NCBI GenBank assembly: GCA_004431415.1
Contig: QPMI01000085.1
Span: forward strand, 131,166-195,165
Direction: 5' to 3'
DNA from: Cyanophora paradoxa CCMP329
Taxonomy: Eukaryota > Plantae > Glaucophyta
DNA length: 64,000 nucleotides
Below the pieces are notes generated by a model, which ran no database searches, had not been told where the DNA came from, and saw nothing but the letters and a program-made list of their open reading frames with translations. Below are positions 59,442 through 64,000 of this stretch, one piece after another. How positions within the stretch are numbered: the first letter of the stretch is position 1; each line of letters starts with the position of its first letter. The position numbers were made by a program, and so were the translations under genes.

Positions 59442-60810
59442 ATGGCTTCCGCGCTCATCTCCACCCCCACGACCGCCCTGCACCACTCGCTGCGCAGCTC
59501 CGACGCGTCGGTGCACGTGCACGAGACCTTTGACACGGCGATGCCGTTCGTGGACGAGGTGCTCGAGGTGAGCCCCGTGCAGTCGGGCGTGAGCTTCAGC
59601 CAGACCGTCGACATCGTCATCCCGCACTCGGCGCCGATGTTCAACGACTCCTGGCTCAAGGTGACGCTGCCGGCGCTGACGAACGCGGACCACTTCTACA
59701 TCCCGAAGGCCGGCTACGTGCTGCTCAAGACGGTGAAGATCTTCGTGGGCGCACAGCTGATCCACGAGTACAACGGCCACCACGACGCCATCTACGGCGA
59801 GTTCGAGGACGACAAGTCCGTCGTCCAGCACGTCGACATGGTGAACAACCTCTGGGCGCACCAGCCGCTGCGCCGCCGGGCAAGGCCCGAACACGCTGTA
59901 CATACCGATTCGCATCGCGACGGGCCACGGTCGAAAGTTCGCCGTGCCGCTCCACAAGCTCCGCTGCTCCGGAAACGACATGAAGCTGCAGATCACCTAC
60001 GCCTCGCAGAAGGAGATCACGGCCTCGTACGTGGACGGCGGCCTGCACACCAACACCAACCTGACGAGCACCGTCAGCCTGGACACCAAGCTCATCCTGC
60101 GCTACGTGCACATCGACTCGCGCGAGCTGGCGCTGCACCCGAACTCGTTCACGTGGGCCGGCAAGTACGTGCAGCACTACCACGTCTCGTTCGAGTCGGG
60201 CAAGGCCATCCGCCTGCCGTTCACCGGAATCTGCTACGAGCTGATCATCGTGGTGCGCGACAAGCCGCACACCGACAACGGCGAGCACTTCTGGCGCTTC
60301 CGCCCGCTCGACAAGATCGAGCTGAAGTGCGACAACATCAAGGTGCTCGACAGCTCGAACCACGACGCGCACTTTTTGCGCACGGCCATCGCGCACAAGG
60401 AGCACACGCACGCCCCGCGCGCAAGCACCTCGAGCTGCTGCGGGGCGTGACCTCGATGGACGGGACGGCGGCGGCCGACGTGGCCGACGCGCTGCACCCG
60501 CACCCGTGGTCGGGCAACGACACGCCCCCACGACCCTCGCGACCCACGACGGGCACAGCAGCGACATCCAGCCCCGCAACGTGGGCCAGTTCGGGACGGA
60601 GTTCATCTACTCGCTCCCCTTCGGCACGGACGTGGCCGACAACACCAAGATGTTCGGCGGCCTCGACATGGGCGCCTTCAAGACCATCGAGCTCACGCTC
60701 ACCACGCTCAAGACCTACACGTCGGAGGCCAAGCCGTGGCCGACATCTACTGCCGCTACTACAACGAGATCACCTTCACCAACGGCGGCGCCTACCGCCG
60801 CTTCCACTAG
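59442..60810 (+). pseudogene. Mirror copy of major capsid protein gene, frameshifted
   Basis: MCP peptides distributed over ORFs 59442, 59944 and 60506. Confidence 0.85.
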
Positions 60811-60887
60811 AGTGCTTGTTAGCCAGGGTGTGCTTGGTAGGCGATGTGAACCAATAAATTTCCCACTGGGATCCTAACCGAGGCACG

Positions 60888-63180
60888 ATGACGAAGGGCC
60901 ACTCTATGATGGACATTGGGGAGGGCTCTAAGAAGCAGCGCCAGGCGCTGAAGAACGACCTGAAGGCCGACATGGACGGCATCGTGAACAAGTACCTTCC
61001 GGGCACGATTATGCCCGAGGTGCCCGTCGTAGATGGGACGAAGGCGGACATCTACACGCCCGAGGACAAGGCGCGGGGCCTGGGGCTCAGCGGGGGGGAA
61101 ACGAAGACCCTGCCCGCGATGAAGTACACGCCCTCGATGGAGAAGCTGATGCGCATGGGCATCCGACAGCAGCTGCAGAACGCGAACCCCGGTCGCACGA
61201 TCAACGAGGAGGACGTGGAGAACGCGTTCAGCCTGCGGAAGGAAATCATGATTCGCGATTTCGACCAGTGGGCGATGACGGCCTTCGACCTGAAGCAGCC
61301 GGGCGTCGCCAAAATGCTCGAGGAATATTACCCCGAGCTGCTGGAGCGAATTACGAACATGATCGAGCAGGATATCGAAATTCAGCGCTTCGACAAGTAT
61401 CAGAAGGTTTTCTTCCCGATGAACTACGACGATCTCGTCATGAAGTGGGCGCGCGAGCGCGGCTGGATCAAGACGATGGAAGAGATCGAGAAGGAGAACC
61501 TGCTCGGGCCGGCCGGCCGCTACGGCAGACGGAGGCGAACCCCAGGGCTGCGCGCGGGCTACACCCCCGATCTATCGCCCATGTTCAACGCGCAGACGGC
61601 CAACATCAGCAGCGCCGTCAACAAGCCCTACGGCCGCAACGACGTGGACTTCAGCCGGGGCAATCCGTTCGGGGCGATGCTCCTCGATCAGCCGGGGACG
61701 CGCGGCCCGCCCTGCCCACGGCCACGCCTTACGCGGACCAGAACCTGCTGCCCCGCGTCGTCAACCCGCTCCCTGCGCTGCAGAGCAACCAGCTTGCCAC
61801 GCGTTCGAGAAAGGGCGCATGGAAGCGCTCCGTGCAAGGGGGACGGTGGCCGGTATGTCCGAAGCATCGCAGACTGCAATTCAGACAGCCTTCCAGGCCC
61901 TCGTCCGGAACACGGAGAACAGTCAGATTACCATGCTCGCGGAAACGAACGCCCGGAAGGCGGAGATGTACGACCTAGCAGCCCGGGCCCTCCGACCCGG
62001 TCAGTAATTTCTGAGGCCCACGCGAGCACATGGCAGCGACGGAGGCGACGCTGGGCGAGCAGATCGAGGCGCGCTGGGCCGCTTCCTCGACCTGCTGGAG
62101 CCGGAGGCCAAGGAGCCCGGGGTGCGGGCGCAGATCCAGTCGCTGCGCGGCATCGGGCCACGGCGGTCATCGTTCTGTTCAGGAGGCACATCAACGCGGA
62201 GGCGGAATTGATCAAGGCGAAGGACGACTCGGTTTTCGAGAGGCTGCCGCAGGAGTACGCCTCGGCCGTGCGCTCGCTATTCTACGGCAGCGGGCCCGAG
62301 CTGCGCGAAAAGCTCTGGCTTTACATCGAGCTTTCGTCGAGCTGACCTCGGAGTGAAAAATATTTCTAAGGGCAGGCGTAAAGGATGGACCCCTCGGCGA
62401 TGCTTGGCTTCGAGGCGCTGGCCGTGGACGGGCCGAACCCCGTGGGAATCCCGCAGCCCGGAAGAAGGGCGCCCCGCGAAGGAGGGCAAGGAAAAGGGGA
62501 GAAGGCGCCGAAGGCCGACAGGATGGCGCTGCGGGCGACGGGCCCGCGGTGCCGCCGACGGCGCCGAGCAAGGGCGCGAGCTTCAGCGTGCAGGAGCACA
62601 TCGAAATGACGAAGAAAAAGGAGCAGAGCGTGAAAAAGGCGCTGGGAATCGACCTGCAGGAGCGGCCGCGGGACGAGGCGCAGGTGGACGTGGACGAGAA
62701 GAAGCAGGTTCTGCGGCAGATCGCGCAGTACCGGCGCTCGTTCGGGGGCGAGCTTACGTCCACGAAGAAGCTGAGCCTGGCGACGCCGCTGGACGAGCTG
62801 AAGGAAGAGTACGAGGAGATTCAGCGCGAGCTGAGCACGCGGGGTTCGCTGGAGGCGGCGCGCCTCTTTCTGATCGCGGGCATGCACTCGCTGGAGCACC
62901 TGAACAAGGCGTACGATCCGATCGGCCTGAAGCTCGACGGGCTCGGGCAGGCGACGCTCTCTTCGATGGACCAGGTGCAGCCGATCCTGAGGAGCTGGTG
63001 ATCAAGTACTCGCGCTACGTGACCCTGGGGCCCGAGGCGCGCCTGGGGATGGCCTGGTGCAGACGGTGCTGGCGTGCACGCGGCGAACGCGAACCGGAGA
63101 TGATGAAGGAGGTGACGGAGGCGGCGGCCTCGACGGCGGCGGAGCCCAAGGCGGTGGGCGGCAAGTTCAACGGCCTCTGA
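60888..63180 (+). pseudogene. Mirror copies of the 50236-51359, 49884-50213 and 49051-49854 genes, frameshifted
   Basis: Identical peptides interrupted by single-base deletions. Confidence 0.8.
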
Positions 63181-63231
63181 TGTAAACGCGTGTATCAATT
63201 GCACCAAAAATTCACAATTTATTCGTCCGAG

Positions 63232-64000
63232 CTACTGCATGGGGCGGTGTACATAGACTCGGGGTTTAGGTAGGGCTCGAAGCTGGCCTCGTTGTCGTAG
63301 GGCCTGAAGGCCAGCTCGGGCGTGCGGCCTGCGAAGCGAAAGGCGCCAACCTTGCACTGCTGCACGGCGAGGAAGGACCACTTGAGGCCGAACTTGCCTC
63401 GGGGATGGCGTAGGCGGTGTCGATTTTAACGAGGGCGGCCACCAGGTCGCCGGTGCCGATGTGGCGCGCTCGTGATGAGGTAGTTGACATGTCGACGACG
63501 GGATGGTCTTGCGCTTGCCCGCCATCGTTTGGTGCGGATGCGCATGTTGAGGTACTTGTAGAAGGCCTGGCCCGACTCCTTGTCGACCTTGATGCGCACG
63601 CTGGGCGTCTGCAGCACCGAGATCTGGTCCTTGGAGAGGGCGCGGCCGGGCGAGACCTTGAGCTTGGCCTGGTTCTGCTGCACGAACTCGCAGAATTTCG
63701 CGTCCAGGGCCTCGAGCAGCTTGAGGAACTCGTCCGCGGCGGGTTCGTCTGGCCGTCGACGCGCTGAGATCGGTGAGGTCCAGCGTGTAGAATCCGCCGT
63801 TTTCTTCCATGACGAAGGCCTTCTTCTCGTCGCTCCAAGCCTTGCCTTGCTCGGTGTTGATGCAGGGTTGATGGTGACCATGGGGCGGCGCGTACATCAT
63901 GAGGCCCTGCAGGCCGTCGTACTTGGCCTTGATGCGGCCGGTGGCGTCGATCTCGAAGGCGAGCTTGGCGGGTCGATCTCGTTGGCGTTGGCGGACGGTG
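63232..64000 (-). pseudogene. Mirror copy of putative SSB gene, frameshifted and cut by window end
   Basis: Reverse complement of 48221-48998. Confidence 0.8.

Larger units (their letters stand above)
33400..64000. mobile_element. Endogenous small NCLDV-related dsDNA virus (Mriyavirus/Yaravirus-like); left border approximate
   Basis: Abrupt switch to dense intronless ORFs. Encodes NCLDV-type MCP, UL9-like helicase, YqaJ nuclease, putative SSB and HNH-AP2, with a shared upstream TTCT motif. Confidence 0.85.
48221..64000. repeat. Giant fold-back palindrome centred at about 56131 (arms of about 7.9 kb, extends beyond window)
   Basis: 56154-64000 is the reverse complement of 48221-56108, with many 1-bp indels. 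The centre 56109-56153 is imperfect. Confidence 0.97.

Overview
The window has two parts. (1) About 1-33.3 kb is GC-rich eukaryotic nuclear DNA with many 50-130 nt introns, a large share of them GC-AG. It carries a RING protein, two F-box/LRR proteins, a GT5 starch/glycogen synthase, a SIRT6/7-type sirtuin, a METTL21-type methyltransferase, a DYRK1-type kinase and four proteins with plastid-type presequences: stand-alone HisF, VTE3, a FabF-like KAS and a coiled-coil/VEKIVEK protein. Phe-containing transit peptides, unfused HisF and the intron style suggest an archaeplastid alga, most likely a glaucophyte such as Cyanophora (inference). Host intergenic DNA is saturated with 3-bp X-X'-X inverted triplications. 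A decayed duplicate of a kinase exon shows these arising as insertions. (2) From about 33.4 kb onward is an intronless endogenous DNA virus. It encodes an NCLDV-type double-jelly-roll major capsid protein, a UL9-like SF2 helicase, a YqaJ nuclease, a putative SSB, an HNH-AP2 endonuclease, GNAT and F-box-like accessory genes and many small ORFs. It also has a shared TTCT promoter-like motif, hairpin and iteron-like arrays, and a large internal inverted repeat. The gene set best fits small NCLDV relatives (Mriyavirus/Yaravirus-like); no polymerase, ATPase or integrase is visible in the window. At about 56.13 kb the sequence folds back, so 56.13-64.0 kb is an indel-rich mirror of 48.2-56.13 kb. 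This is probably a long-read fold-back or assembly artefact, but a few synonymous differences between the arms imply several genomic copies. Exon boundaries were read by eye and are approximate.
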